From the NCBI GenBank assembly GCA_964643685.1, contig CAZXTN010000002.1:1-27968 (forward strand): a stretch of 27,968 nucleotides of DNA. The letters run 5' to 3'. Origin of the DNA: Candidatus Micrarchaeota archaeon (GTDB lineage Archaea > B1Sed10-29 > JAJRYS01). This document shows, piece by piece, positions 17,546-27,380 of this stretch; position 1 is the first letter of the stretch, and each line of letters opens with the position of its first letter. A program made the position numbers and the translations under genes. The notes beneath the pieces were generated by a model, which saw only the letters and a list, made by a program, of their open reading frames with translations, ran no database searches and was not told the origin of the DNA.

Positions 17546-17884
17546 TTAAAAGTTTAAGTATCCTCTGTCTCTAAGCCATTCTTCTTGAACTTTTCTGTAT
17601 TTCCATATAATGTCTGCTTTTTTGTCTCCTTCGATTTCCCATGGCTTGATTATTACGTAATCATCTGTTCTTACATAAACTCTTTTAAGTTTTCCTGGAA
17701 TGCGAGCCATTCTGATTTTTCCATCAGAGCATCTTACAGTCATTCTTTTTGCTCCGTTTAATTGTTCAACTTGTGCAAACAACTCGCCTTCTTCTTTTTT
17801 AGGAAGACGAACTCTCATTTCCTGTTCATTAGACGCGTGCTTGTTTTTCTGTTTCTTGTACCTTTGAAATTTGTTAAAACCCAT
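17546..17884 (-). CDS. eif1a: Translation initiation factor aIF-1A
   Basis: RVRLP, V-x-C-x-DG-x-x-R-x-x-RIPGKL, D-x-VI-x-x-PW, KADI-x-W-x-Y. Confidence 0.95.
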   Translation of the reverse strand: MGFNKFQRYKKQKNKHASNEQEMRVRLPKKEEGELFAQVEQLNGAKRMTVRCSDGKIRMARIPGKLKRVYVRTDDYVIIKPWEIEGDKKADIIWKYRKVQEEWLRDRGYLNF

Positions 17885-18004
17885 TAATGCAACTCCTTTT
17901 TTAAAAAATTAAATAATGCTTTTTATTTCAATGTTTTTTTTAGTTTTTACTCCTTTTAAAAACCCACTGCCTTTGTTTTTTCTGAAAAAACAAAAAGTTT
18001 TTAT

Positions 18005-18292
18005 TTAGATTTTGAAAACAATTGCAAATTTAATTCCATTGACTTCGTTGAATGTTTTTACTTTTCCCTGTTCAATTGCAATGTCCACTACTTTGTTTCC
18101 AACAAGGTTGATGTTGTCATGTTTTTTTAGAAGCGCTGTGAATTCTGAAACAGTTGCTTTTTCATCTCCGTAAAAAGAATTGCTGAGAAAAAGCTCAACA
18201 TCCCCCTGGGTTATAAGCTTGTTTAACAGTTCATAATCGCATGCTGCTAAAACATTTCCTTTTTTCGTAAAATGTTCTTTGTATGCAATCAT
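18005..18292 (-). CDS. DUF424 family protein
   Basis: LAACD-x-ELL, FYG, INLVG-x-x-x-V-x-x-A; common neighbour of aIF-2beta. Confidence 0.85.
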   Translation of the reverse strand: MIAYKEHFTKKGNVLAACDYELLNKLITQGDVELFLSNSFYGDEKATVSEFTALLKKHDNINLVGNKVVDIAIEQGKVKTFNEVNGIKFAIVFKI

Positions 18293-18314
18293 GTTAATCA
18301 GAAAAATTTTGACT

Positions 18315-18728
18315 TTAAATGTGTTTTACAGGTGCTCTTGCTCCGCATACTTCGCATCTTTTGTATTCAATTCCTTCGAATTTGATTAATTCAGTGTCTG
18401 GTTTTCCGCATTCCTTGCAAATCAAGTATTCCTTGATGTAATTGTCAAACCTTGATGAAATTAATTGTTGCTTGAAGTTTCCTGTAAGCACTCCTCTCTG
18501 CCCGTCAACAGTTCCAGTTGTTCCCAAATCTTTTGCAATGTATTTCAAAATATGCTTCGGGTCCCTGTTTATCTTGTTAGCTGCTTCTGTTAAATTTTTA
18601 ATAATAGTCTGCTTGCCTTGGATGAAGGATATGAGTGTAGGTAATTCAAACCTTTCTTTTGACTTTGTTTTTTTAGGCATTTTTTCAAAAGCAGTTTCCA
18701 GAAGTTTTTCATAGTTAAATTCAGTCAT
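18315..18728 (-). CDS. eif2b: Translation initiation factor aIF-2 subunit beta
   Basis: YE-x-LL, ERFELP, G-x-x-TII-x-N, NRDP-x-H, C-x-ECG-x-PDT, CEVCGA. Confidence 0.96.
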   Translation of the reverse strand: MTEFNYEKLLETAFEKMPKKTKSKERFELPTLISFIQGKQTIIKNLTEAANKINRDPKHILKYIAKDLGTTGTVDGQRGVLTGNFKQQLISSRFDNYIKEYLICKECGKPDTELIKFEGIEYKRCEVCGARAPVKHI

Positions 18729-18748
18729 TTTGCTTCCCCTTATTTTAT

Positions 18749-19246
18749 TTATTCTTCAATTTCACCTAAGTCTTGGACAATTGCATCCTCTGAAGATTTT
18801 TGTGTGTCTTGTTCTTCAACTCTTGTTTTAGATTTATCTTTGTTTTTAAAGCTTGTTTCAGAAGAAAAAAGTTCATTTTTTCGGATTTCAAAGTAATTCT
18901 TTGGAACTTTTTTAACAATCTCTCCTAAAATATAAATATCTTCAGCTTGTTTTCTGACTTTTCCTATGACTTTAACCAAGTCACCTTCATTAAAATCACT
19001 TAAATCAATGCCTTCAAAAAACTTGGCTTTTAATTCACTGCCATCATCATCCTGCAAAGTAATGCTGCAGTAATTAGCTTCAGGATTCTCATACTTGCTT
19101 TTTAAAAAACCAATAGTGTTAACCCTGATAATTTTTTCATCGTTCACTAGAATATGATTAGGGTGTTCAATATCATTTCCTGCAAAATAAGGAGCATTAA
19201 CAATAGTTTTAATCATCAATTTTCTTGCAACAGCTCTTGTAACCAT
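18749..19246 (-). CDS. OB-fold protein, RPA32/RPA2-like
   Basis: R-x-VARKL-x-I, RVN-x-x-G, L-x-D-x-x-G, GD-x-V-x-VIGKVR, acidic tail. Confidence 0.75.
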   Translation of the reverse strand: MVTRAVARKLMIKTIVNAPYFAGNDIEHPNHILVNDEKIIRVNTIGFLKSKYENPEANYCSITLQDDDGSELKAKFFEGIDLSDFNEGDLVKVIGKVRKQAEDIYILGEIVKKVPKNYFEIRKNELFSSETSFKNKDKSKTRVEEQDTQKSSEDAIVQDLGEIEE

Positions 19247-19395
19247 TAACTGAATTAATGTTTTTCAAAGTTTAAATAAGTTTAACAACATGCATTCAAC
19301 TGAAAAAAAGCAAAATTTTCAAAAAAACAAGGAAAAAAGACAAGAAGCAAAAGCATAAAATGTTTTTTAAACCCCCTTTGATTTAATTTTTTACA

Positions 19396-22300
19396 ATGAA
19401 CAAAGGAAAAATAGGAGCATTCATAGGCTTTATTTTCGCATTACTTCTCATAGCAAGCGTTTTCGCTACTCTTACAAGCATAACAGTAAATTCACCTGTT
19501 AATTTTCAAAACATTTCAGGAACCTTTTTACTGAACGCAACTTTGCCTTCAAGCGACAATGCAACCATTGTTGACTTCTGGTGGTTCGATGGAAACATCT
19601 GGAACCTCATAGGTGAAAACACGACACCAGGCAACAATTTCACTTACTCCTGGGACACGACAGGAATCAACAAGGACCCAGTGCAAGTGAAAGCAAATGC
19701 AACAAACGGCAGCGTTGAAGTGACAAGCGCATCTGTGCAGAACATAACAATTGACAACATAGCTCCTTTAGCTGAAAACATTACAAATTCAAGCATTGGG
19801 CAATGGAGCGCTTTAATTACATTTGACACAAATGAAAAAACAAATGCAAGCGTAAACTACGGGCAAACAACTTCGCTTGGAACAATTAAAACAAACAATA
19901 CTTATTCATATTCACATTACGTCAAATTAACAAACTTAACTGAAAACAAAGTTTATTACTACAACGTAACTGCATGCGATTTCAGCGGAAACTGCAACCA
20001 AAGCAGTTCAACTTATTCATTTACAACACTTAATCAAATACCTTTAATTGAAAACATAAGCGTTTCAGTTACAAACGAAACAGCTTACATTACATGGGAC
20101 ACTGACGAGCTTGCAAATTCATCAGTAAATTACGGCACATCAACTTCGCTTGGAACAATAGCATTAAATGCAACAAATGTCACTTCGCATGCAATTAATG
20201 TGACGGGATTGACAAACGGAACAACTTATTATTATAACATTACAAGCTGCGACTTGGTTGGAAACTGCAACGAAACAGGAACATACAACTTTACAACTCA
20301 CTTGGATGACACTCCTCCTCAATTCACAGGAGGAATTACAATAAGAGACAGTGCAGGAAACGATGTTACAAGCGTTAACCAAGATGAATATGTGAACATA
20401 ACAGCAAGCGTAGGGGACAACATTCAAATTGACGAGATATGGGCGCAGTTAGAACTTCAAGATGGAAGCGTTTTCAACAGAACCATGAATGTAACAAGCG
20501 GAGAAGGTTCATTAACTAACAATTCTCTCGCAAGCTTGTATTACAACTGCACTTCAAGCGGAGTGCATAACGTAACAGTGTATGCAAATGACACAAGCGG
20601 AAACGTGGCGCATACTGACAAGAACAGCTGGACTGTATATGGTTACTTTACTTTCCTAAGCAATACAAGCACTGGGTTTAAGAATTTCACAAACGGGCAG
20701 AACCTCAGCATCTTATACACTGTTATTAATGACAGGGCTGTTTCAGATGATTATTCATTCAGCTTCAACTTAACAAGCTCAGCAACAGGAGCAAGCATAA
20801 ACGGAACTGCAGGGTGGCTGATAAGCAGCAACGCAACAAGCGCTTCATCCATAGCTTCAGGAGCAAAAGCTTATTTCAAAATAGAAGTGTCAGTTCCCTT
20901 AAATGCAACTGGAACTTTTTACGTGAACACAAGGGTAAACAGCAGCAGCGGAAAAAGCGAGTCAAAAACACTGGCTTTTCCTCAGGAAACAATTTCAATC
21001 AGCCTCCCTTCAACTGTAAAAGTAAGCAACAGCACTGCATACACTGGAATTCTTTACGAGTATTACAATTACACCAACACCAGCTGGATGAAATCAATGA
21101 ACGTCACTTACTTCTCAGTTTCATCAGAAGCAAGCTCTAATATTACAAACAGCAGTTTCTCATGCGGGTTATATAACGGAACAAGTTTGAAAAAATCAGG
21201 AGTAGTTATTTTAACAAATTCAAACATGAGTAGCAACGGGTTGTCCTTGTCAAATGCAAGCTGCGTTATAAACGTCACTGGAGTGACAGCTGGAAAATAC
21301 AATTTGACAATTAATGTAACCAACGACAAGAACCATAAAGGAAGCGCTTACAAGCAAGTCATAGTGCCAGGAGAAGTAGTAATATCAGCTGAAAACGGCA
21401 CTCTTTCAAAAGGAGTGGGATTTACTTTAACAGGCTCAGCTTATTACTCAGAAGATTCTGATTACAAAGTTGTTAAAGGAAAAGTAAAAGCAGAATACGA
21501 CAACAAAGTCTGCCTAGGTGAAACCCTTTACAACGGAGCTTTTTCATTAAGCTGCCCTGGATTTTCAAAAGAAGGCGAACAAGAGCTTAACTTGACTGTC
21601 ACAGGAGCATTTAACATTTCAAAAACAAAGAAGTTGAAAATGAAAGTAATAAGCAATTCCAAAGACACTTCTGAAAAAATAAGCATTGTAACAAGCAAGA
21701 ATGAAATTGAATTAAAAAACCAGACAACAATTTCAATAACAGTATTCAACAATTACCTGACTTCAAAAAATGTTTCAATAAAAGCAATAGAAGAAGGGGC
21801 AACCAGCCACTTCAACATAAGTTATGATTCAGCAAGCGTTGTGATTCAAAGCAATTCAAGCGCAGAGTTCAACTTGACTCTGACTCCATTTAACTACCCT
21901 AAACCAGGTTCATACAATGTAATCATTTCAGCTGACAGCGCTTCAAAGGAAATAAAAGTAACAATTCCTTCATTTGATTACAAGAACAATTCAGTGAACA
22001 CGAACAGGTTCGTTGAAAAAAAAGGAGATGAAACAATAATAGGAATAGAAGTTAAAAATGAACTTGATTTCAGCGTCAAAGTAAACATCACTGAATCAAT
22101 TTCTAAAAAAATAGCAGAAACCACTGACTTAATTGAATTCAGCATAGAACCTGTAATAATTCAAAAAGACCCTGTTGTAATGTGGACCTTGAACCTCTCA
22201 CCTGGGCAAAAAACAGAATTAACTTACACTATCAAAAAAGACGTTGCTTCAAGCAATTTTGAAAAACCAACAATATTAGCAACTTCTTTAACAGAAGAAG

Positions 22301-22593
22301 GAAGCTCAGAACAAGTAGTAGTAGAGGAAAGCAAGACAAAAAAATTAATTTACATAATCATCATTTTCTTGCTAACAGGAGCAGGCATCTTCTACATCCT
22401 TTTCAAGGACCAATTTTTCAAGCCAAAACAGAAAAATTTCCTAAAACCAGGATTAATCGAAGAATCAAAGAGAAAATTATTAGGAGATGGAAAATACCAT
22501 TTCAAGAAAAAGAAAGAAGAAAAAAAACAAAATGAAGAAAGCAGAGAACCTGTTTTTAATTTCAGCGGAGTCAGCAGAAGAGACGATGATTAA
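19396..22593 (+). CDS. Large secreted, membrane-anchored surface glycoprotein with Ig/FN3-like repeats
   Basis: Signal peptide, very many N-x-S/T sequons, two tandem FN3-like units (YG-x-x-TSLGT…YYYN-x-T-x-CD-x-x-GNC), C-terminal TM and charged tail. Confidence 0.88.
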   Translation: MNKGKIGAFIGFIFALLLIASVFATLTSITVNSPVNFQNISGTFLLNATLPSSDNATIVDFWWFDGNIWNLIGENTTPGNNFTYSWDTTGINKDPVQVKANATNGSVEVTSASVQNITIDNIAPLAENITNSSIGQWSALITFDTNEKTNASVNYGQTTSLGTIKTNNTYSYSHYVKLTNLTENKVYYYNVTACDFSGNCNQSSSTYSFTTLNQIPLIENISVSVTNETAYITWDTDELANSSVNYGTSTSLGTIALNATNVTSHAINVTGLTNGTTYYYNITSCDLVGNCNETGTYNFTTHLDDTPPQFTGGITIRDSAGNDVTSVNQDEYVNITASVGDNIQIDEIWAQLELQDGSVFNRTMNVTSGEGSLTNNSLASLYYNCTSSGVHNVTVYANDTSGNVAHTDKNSWTVYGYFTFLSNTSTGFKNFTNGQNLSILYTVINDRAVSDDYSFSFNLTSSATGASINGTAGWLISSNATSASSIASGAKAYFKIEVSVPLNATGTFYVNTRVNSSSGKSESKTLAFPQETISISLPSTVKVSNSTAYTGILYEYYNYTNTSWMKSMNVTYFSVSSEASSNITNSSFSCGLYNGTSLKKSGVVILTNSNMSSNGLSLSNASCVINVTGVTAGKYNLTINVTNDKNHKGSAYKQVIVPGEVVISAENGTLSKGVGFTLTGSAYYSEDSDYKVVKGKVKAEYDNKVCLGETLYNGAFSLSCPGFSKEGEQELNLTVTGAFNISKTKKLKMKVISNSKDTSEKISIVTSKNEIELKNQTTISITVFNNYLTSKNVSIKAIEEGATSHFNISYDSASVVIQSNSSAEFNLTLTPFNYPKPGSYNVIISADSASKEIKVTIPSFDYKNNSVNTNRFVEKKGDETIIGIEVKNELDFSVKVNITESISKKIAETTDLIEFSIEPVIIQKDPVVMWTLNLSPGQKTELTYTIKKDVASSNFEKPTILATSLTEEGSSEQVVVEESKTKKLIYIIIIFLLTGAGIFYILFKDQFFKPKQKNFLKPGLIEESKRKLLGDGKYHFKKKKEEKKQNEESREPVFNFSGVSRRDDD

Positions 22594-22697
22594 TTAAAAC
22601 TTGATTTTCTTCAAAGCAAAAAGAAAAGGAAGTTAACTTCACAGATAAAGCTTTTTAAACATAAATTTCTAAATTAACTACTTGTCAGTGAAGTTTT

Positions 22698-23279
22698 ATG
22701 GCTGTTACTCAAATCGTAAGCGTTTATAAAAACAAAGAAGCTTTGAAACAAAGCTTGAAAAAAATGAGCACTGAAAAAGTAATTTTCTTAGCTTCAAAAA
22801 ACAGCATAAAAGAAGTAATTGGAGTTAGGAACGAATTCGCTTTAGAAACCAAGCTGCCTACAGAAGTGAAGGCAGTGGCAAGAAATTACAGCAGTTTAGG
22901 GGAGTTATTCAAGGAAAACAAGAACAGCGTAGTCCACATCATTGACCATGATTACTTCAATTACGGATTAGTCAACGCTGCTTTCATTACAGGAGTGCCT
23001 GTTTACTTAACCAACGGGCATGTAATGGAAAAAGTACCTGGATTAAATCTCAAACTAAAGGAATTGATAAGCAGCATTCAAGTCGAGTTACTGGAAAAAC
23101 TTGAAGAAGGGCCTTTAAGCATCAGAGAACTTGCTTTAAAACTTGACGTTGACGAAAACATGCTTTACTACTACCTGCATGGAAGCAAGTCACTGAAAGG
23201 CCTTGTAAGCCTCGGTCTCGTAAAAGAAGGAGACATGATTGAACTAACAGACCTAGGAAGACTAGTTATTGAAAGCTGA
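22698..23279 (+). CDS. Putative regulator: Rossmann/CARF-like N-domain plus C-terminal winged HTH (DUF6293-like)
   Basis: EKVIFL strand, AAF-x-x-GV-x-x-Y, then LL-x-x-L…SIRELA-x-x-L…YL-x-G…GL-x-x-LGLV…LT-x-LG; CARF assignment is inferred. Confidence 0.55.
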   Translation: MAVTQIVSVYKNKEALKQSLKKMSTEKVIFLASKNSIKEVIGVRNEFALETKLPTEVKAVARNYSSLGELFKENKNSVVHIIDHDYFNYGLVNAAFITGVPVYLTNGHVMEKVPGLNLKLKELISSIQVELLEKLEEGPLSIRELALKLDVDENMLYYYLHGSKSLKGLVSLGLVKEGDMIELTDLGRLVIES

Positions 23280-23326
23280 AAAATATTCACGAATTTTTTT
23301 ATACTTTTTTTCCTTAAAAAGTAAAT

Positions 23327-23830
23327 ATGAAAATTGTTATTACTGGCGCGCCTAACAGCGGAAAAACAACACTAGTTAAAAAACTTGAAGAACAAGGGCA
23401 TCTTGTTTTGCATGAAGTAGCAAGAGAAGTGATTAAAGAAGGGTTTAATTTTAAAAACAGCTTGGATTTTCAATATGAAATATTTAAAAGAACGATTGAA
23501 AGAAACAAAAAAATAATAAGTAAAAAAATTCACTTCCTTGATGTTGATTTGATTGAAGGCATTGCTTACTTGAAATTAAAAGGAATAGAAGCGCCTGAAT
23601 GGCTGCATAAAGCAGCGTCAGAAGCAAGTTATGACAAAGTGTTTTTTCTTGAATCCAATCCTATATGGGTTGATGATGGAGTGCGTTTTCAGACAAAAGA
23701 AGAAGCAGAAAAAATAGGAAAAATGATAAAAGAAGCTTATGAAAATTTCGGATTCAGGCCAATAATTATACCTTGGATAAGTTTAAATGAAAGAATTGAA
23801 TTAATAAAAAAAGAAGCTGGTTTAAAATGA
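23327..23830 (+). CDS. P-loop ATPase/kinase, NadR/AAA_28 type
   Basis: IVITGAPNSGKTT, E-x-AR-x-x-I, YD-x-VF-x-L, DDG-x-R, ER-x-x-x-I. Confidence 0.85.
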   Translation: MKIVITGAPNSGKTTLVKKLEEQGHLVLHEVAREVIKEGFNFKNSLDFQYEIFKRTIERNKKIISKKIHFLDVDLIEGIAYLKLKGIEAPEWLHKAASEASYDKVFFLESNPIWVDDGVRFQTKEEAEKIGKMIKEAYENFGFRPIIIPWISLNERIELIKKEAGLK

Positions 23831-24471
23831 CTGAAGTTGATTTTGAAAAAATTAAAAAACAAGCAAAGCCTTTTTTTGAAGAAGTGCATGGTTCTCATGG
23901 CTGGTTTCATGTCGAAAGAGTATTCAACTTAACAAAACACATTTGCGAAAAAGAAAAAGCTGACTTTTCAATAGCAGGAACAGCTGCTTTATTGCATGAC
24001 CTTGCAAGAAAACAAGAAGATGAAGGCTTGGTTGAAGACCATGCAGTTGCAGGCGCTGAAAAATCAAAAGAAATTCTTAAAAGCCTAGGCTACGGAAAAG
24101 AATTTGCTGAAAAAGTAAGTTACTGCATTGAAGTGCACAGGTTCAGTAAAGGAATAAAACCAGAAACACTTGAAGCAAAGATATTGCAAGATGCTGACAG
24201 GCTGGATGTGCTGGGAGCAATTGGAGTGGCAAGAGTTTTTGACTACGGCGGAAGAAAAAACAGGCCACTATATGCAGATGAAAAAATTGAAAAAAACCAT
24301 GAATATAAGGGACAGTCGCAGTCTGACTTGATTCATTTTTATGAAAAAATTTTAAAAATAAATCCAGAAAGTTTCAATACTGAAACAGCGAAAGAAATAG
24401 CAAAAGAAAGGTTTGAGTTCACTGAAAGATTTGTTGAAAAATTCCTGAAAGAATGGAGAGGAGAGGAATGA
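23827..24471 (+). CDS. HD-domain phosphohydrolase
   Basis: H-x-x-x-H-x-x-RV, AALLHD, HRFS, LQDADRLD-x-LGAIG-x-AR. Confidence 0.93.
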   Translation: MTEVDFEKIKKQAKPFFEEVHGSHGWFHVERVFNLTKHICEKEKADFSIAGTAALLHDLARKQEDEGLVEDHAVAGAEKSKEILKSLGYGKEFAEKVSYCIEVHRFSKGIKPETLEAKILQDADRLDVLGAIGVARVFDYGGRKNRPLYADEKIEKNHEYKGQSQSDLIHFYEKILKINPESFNTETAKEIAKERFEFTERFVEKFLKEWRGEE

Positions 24472-24506
24472 AAAAGAAATTGCTTTCTTTCCTCTAATTG
24501 GTTTTT

Positions 24507-24728
24507 TCAAAGAGTTTCTATTTTGAATAAAGCATTGCATCCTTTAAGAGTAGCATGCACTTGATTAGCTAAATTCAAAGCATCTTCTGTATGAGGCTGA
24601 GAACCCCAGTTATAAACATAGTCATATTCTCCTTTCTGCGGCTGAAAACCCATGCTCATGAGCCTTTCAGTAATTTCAGTTGGGCTTGCTCCGTCGCTGT
24701 TAAACCATATTGTCAAGTAACTTTTCAT
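24507..24728 (-). CDS. Small hypothetical protein, probably conserved in archaea
   Basis: MKSYLTIWFNSDGASP…GF…G-x-YD-x-VY-x-W; strong GGAGG upstream. Confidence 0.75.
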   Translation of the reverse strand: MKSYLTIWFNSDGASPTEITERLMSMGFQPQKGEYDYVYNWGSQPHTEDALNLANQVHATLKGCNALFKIETL

Positions 24729-24848
24729 AAAAAACACCCCTCCTCCTTATTTTTCTTTAATAATTTCTAAACAGGGCTAGTATTTATTAATTTCTTACCT
24801 TTTACTGTGAATAAAATTTTTTTAAACAAAGGAAAACTAAATATTTTC

Positions 24849-25307
24849 ATGGAAGATTGTGTTTTTTGTAAAATTGTAAACAGAGAAATTGATTCTGCAA
24901 AGATATGGGAAGATGAAAAATTCATTGCAATACTTGACATTATGCCAAATACAAAAGGAATGACTCTTGTTTTAACAAAAGAACATTATGACTCTTATGC
25001 GTTTGATATGCCTAAAAAGGAGTATCTTGAATTCATGTCTGCTTCAAAAAAAGTTGCAAAAATACTTGAAAAAGGACTTGGGGTAAAAAGAGTTGCAATG
25101 GTAATGGAAGGAATGGGAATAAACCACGCTCATATAAAACTTTACCCCCTTCACGGTTTAGAAGAAAAATTTGAAGAAACATGGGCTGAAAAAAGAGTCT
25201 TTTTTGAAAAATATGAAGGGTATATAACAACACAATCAGGAGAACAAGTTGAATTAAGAAAATTAAAAGATATTGCAAAAGAAATAAAAGAAAAAGCAGA
25301 GGTTTAA
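24849..25307 (+). CDS. HIT family nucleotide hydrolase
   Basis: DCVFCKIV start and variant triad HAHIK (third His replaced by Lys). Confidence 0.88.
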   Translation: MEDCVFCKIVNREIDSAKIWEDEKFIAILDIMPNTKGMTLVLTKEHYDSYAFDMPKKEYLEFMSASKKVAKILEKGLGVKRVAMVMEGMGINHAHIKLYPLHGLEEKFEETWAEKRVFFEKYEGYITTQSGEQVELRKLKDIAKEIKEKAEV

Positions 25308-25341
25308 GAATTTAAAAGCTTAGAAATAGAGGAAAAAGATA

Positions 25342-25881
25342 ATGAAAGAAGCTGTTTATGAGCCAAGCGAAGACACTTTTTTAATGGAAAAAGCCCTGCC
25401 TAAAAACTTAACTGGAAAAAGAGTTTTAGAAGTGGGTTGCGGCAGAGGGTTTTTGTCAGTTGAATGCGCTTTGCGCGGAGGGAAAGTAACTGCTGTTGAC
25501 ATTAATGAAAACGCCCTAAATGCAGCGGAGAGGCTGGCTGTTTTAAAAGGAGTTGAAGTTGACTTGATTGAAAGCAACTTGTTTGAAAAAGTTGAAGGGA
25601 AATTTGACTTGATTTTGTTCAATCCTCCTTATGTCGATTCCTGCTTTGAAGGGCTTGATGGCGAGCATGCTTGGGCTGGCGGAAAAAAAGGAAGAGAAGT
25701 AATTGACAAGTTTTTAAAAGAATTTAAGAATTATTTGAATAAAGAAGGAGTTTGCTTGCTTTTGATTTCAAGCATTAATGAAATGAAACAAGAGCTTGAA
25801 GAAAAAGGATGGATTGAAATTGAAAAAACGAGGCTAATGGATGGAGAGGAATTGTTTGTAATGAGATTCGTTCATAATTAA
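25342..25881 (+). CDS. HemK2/MTQ2-type N5-glutamine methyltransferase
   Basis: VYEPSEDTFL, VLEVGCGRG, FDLILFNPPY, GG-x-x-G. Confidence 0.9.
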   Translation: MKEAVYEPSEDTFLMEKALPKNLTGKRVLEVGCGRGFLSVECALRGGKVTAVDINENALNAAERLAVLKGVEVDLIESNLFEKVEGKFDLILFNPPYVDSCFEGLDGEHAWAGGKKGREVIDKFLKEFKNYLNKEGVCLLLISSINEMKQELEEKGWIEIEKTRLMDGEELFVMRFVHN

Positions 25882-25883
25882 AG

Positions 25884-26510
25884 TTACAGCCTTTTATAAT
25901 TTCTTTTCGAGGTTCCTAAAATTTTTTCAAAAAAGCCTTTTTTTGCCTTCTCTTCTTCTAAAATTCTTGCTTTTATTTCCCTTGCTTTTCTTTCCTTGTA
26001 CTTGTTTATTAATTTTTTGAACACTGGGCGTGATCCCATGTATTCTTGTTCTTCTTTTTTTAAGCGTAATTTTTTCAGCATTTTTACTGTAAACAAGTCT
26101 GCTTCTAATTCTTCAAGCAGTGTTGGTCCTTCAAAACCAGCTCTTGATAAGTGTTTTAATTCATGAAGTAATGTTACTATGCCTTGCTTTTTAACAGCTA
26201 TTTTTCCATTATGTATTGCAAAAAACTGCTCTTCAGGAAGAGTAATTACATGCCTTACTACTTCTCCTGTTTGAGGGTAATAAAATGTTGTTGTCAATCC
26301 CTTTGTTTCCATTTTATAATCCCCGAATTCCTTTGAATTTATTGCTTTTTGCTTTGGAAGTATTTTAAAAGAAACCTGTTTGCTGTTTATTTTTTCCCTG
26401 AGTAATTGTGCAGTGTGCGGTTCTACTTGTTCAATTTCATTAAGAAGAAACTTCAGCGTCTCATTTATTATCTTCTGCTTTTTGGATGGCATTACTTTGT
26501 AATTCATCAA
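25884..26510 (-). CDS. Hypothetical protein with a zincin-like HExxH motif
   Basis: TLLHELKH followed by EELEAD. Confidence 0.65.
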   Translation of the reverse strand: MMNYKVMPSKKQKIINETLKFLLNEIEQVEPHTAQLLREKINSKQVSFKILPKQKAINSKEFGDYKMETKGLTTTFYYPQTGEVVRHVITLPEEQFFAIHNGKIAVKKQGIVTLLHELKHLSRAGFEGPTLLEELEADLFTVKMLKKLRLKKEEQEYMGSRPVFKKLINKYKERKAREIKARILEEEKAKKGFFEKILGTSKRNYKRL

Positions 26511-26543
26511 CTTTTATTAAGTGCGTTTTTGTTAATTAATGTT

Positions 26544-27380
26544 ATGCCAATTAATGCAGGCCCTGAATTCATGGAAGCGCAGAAAAAATACGAAGAAGCA
26601 AGAACACTTCCTGACAAAATAAAATACTTAAAAGAAATGCTTAGCACTGCCCCTAGTCACAAAGGAGCTGAGAAACTGAGAAGGCAGTTGACTACTCGTC
26701 TTGCCAAGCTGAAGCAGGAGCTGGAGAAAGAGAAGAAAAGCAGGAAAGGCAGAAAAAGCTTGGCTGTGAAAAAAGTTGGCTTTCAAATTGTAATTATTGG
26801 CTTCACTAACAGCGGCAAAAGCAGTTTGCTGAAGGCTTTGACTAATGCCGAGCCTAGGATTGCTAGCTATGCTTTCACCACCAAAGAGCCTGAAGTGGGC
26901 ATGCTTGATTTTAACGGCGCTCAGTTGCAGTTGGTTGAAGTGCCTGCTTTGATGAAAGGAGCTGCGAAGGAACAGGGGGAGTTGATGAGCATAATCATCA
27001 ACAGTGACGGCATTATTTTGCTTTATAGAAATGAGGAGGAGAGAAGGGCTTTGATGAAGGAGTTGTTTGAGTTTGGAGTTGAGAAGCCTGTTATGTTTGT
27101 TGAAAGTTTCAGTGTTCCTAAGAAGGAGGCGTTGTTTAATTTTTTTGACTTGATTCGAGTGTATACTAAGGAGCCGGGTGAGGAGCCTGTTATGGAAAAA
27201 CCTTTAGTGGTTAAGAGGGGAACGAATGTGCTTGAAGCTGGGCGTAGGATTCATAAGGATTTTGTCAGGAAGTTTAAGTTTGCTCGTGTTTGGGGCAGCG
27301 CTCGTTTTCCTGGGCAGAGGGTTGACAAGGATTTTGTTTTAAAAGACGGAGACGTGATTGAGTTTCACTTACGCAAGTAA
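26544..27380 (+). CDS. DRG/OBG-family GTPase with C-terminal TGS domain (short form)
   Basis: MPIN start, P-x-HKG-x-E, GFTNSGKS, YAFTT, IRVYTK-x-PG, FARVWG…GQ-x-V…L-x-DGDV-x-E; likely start ATG 26544. Confidence 0.9.
   Translation: MPINAGPEFMEAQKKYEEARTLPDKIKYLKEMLSTAPSHKGAEKLRRQLTTRLAKLKQELEKEKKSRKGRKSLAVKKVGFQIVIIGFTNSGKSSLLKALTNAEPRIASYAFTTKEPEVGMLDFNGAQLQLVEVPALMKGAAKEQGELMSIIINSDGIILLYRNEEERRALMKELFEFGVEKPVMFVESFSVPKKEALFNFFDLIRVYTKEPGEEPVMEKPLVVKRGTNVLEAGRRIHKDFVRKFKFARVWGSARFPGQRVDKDFVLKDGDVIEFHLRK

Noticed and set aside
26406-26543. N-terminal extension of the GTPase
   Set aside because: It overlaps the divergent HExxH gene; the family-typical MPxN start is at 26544
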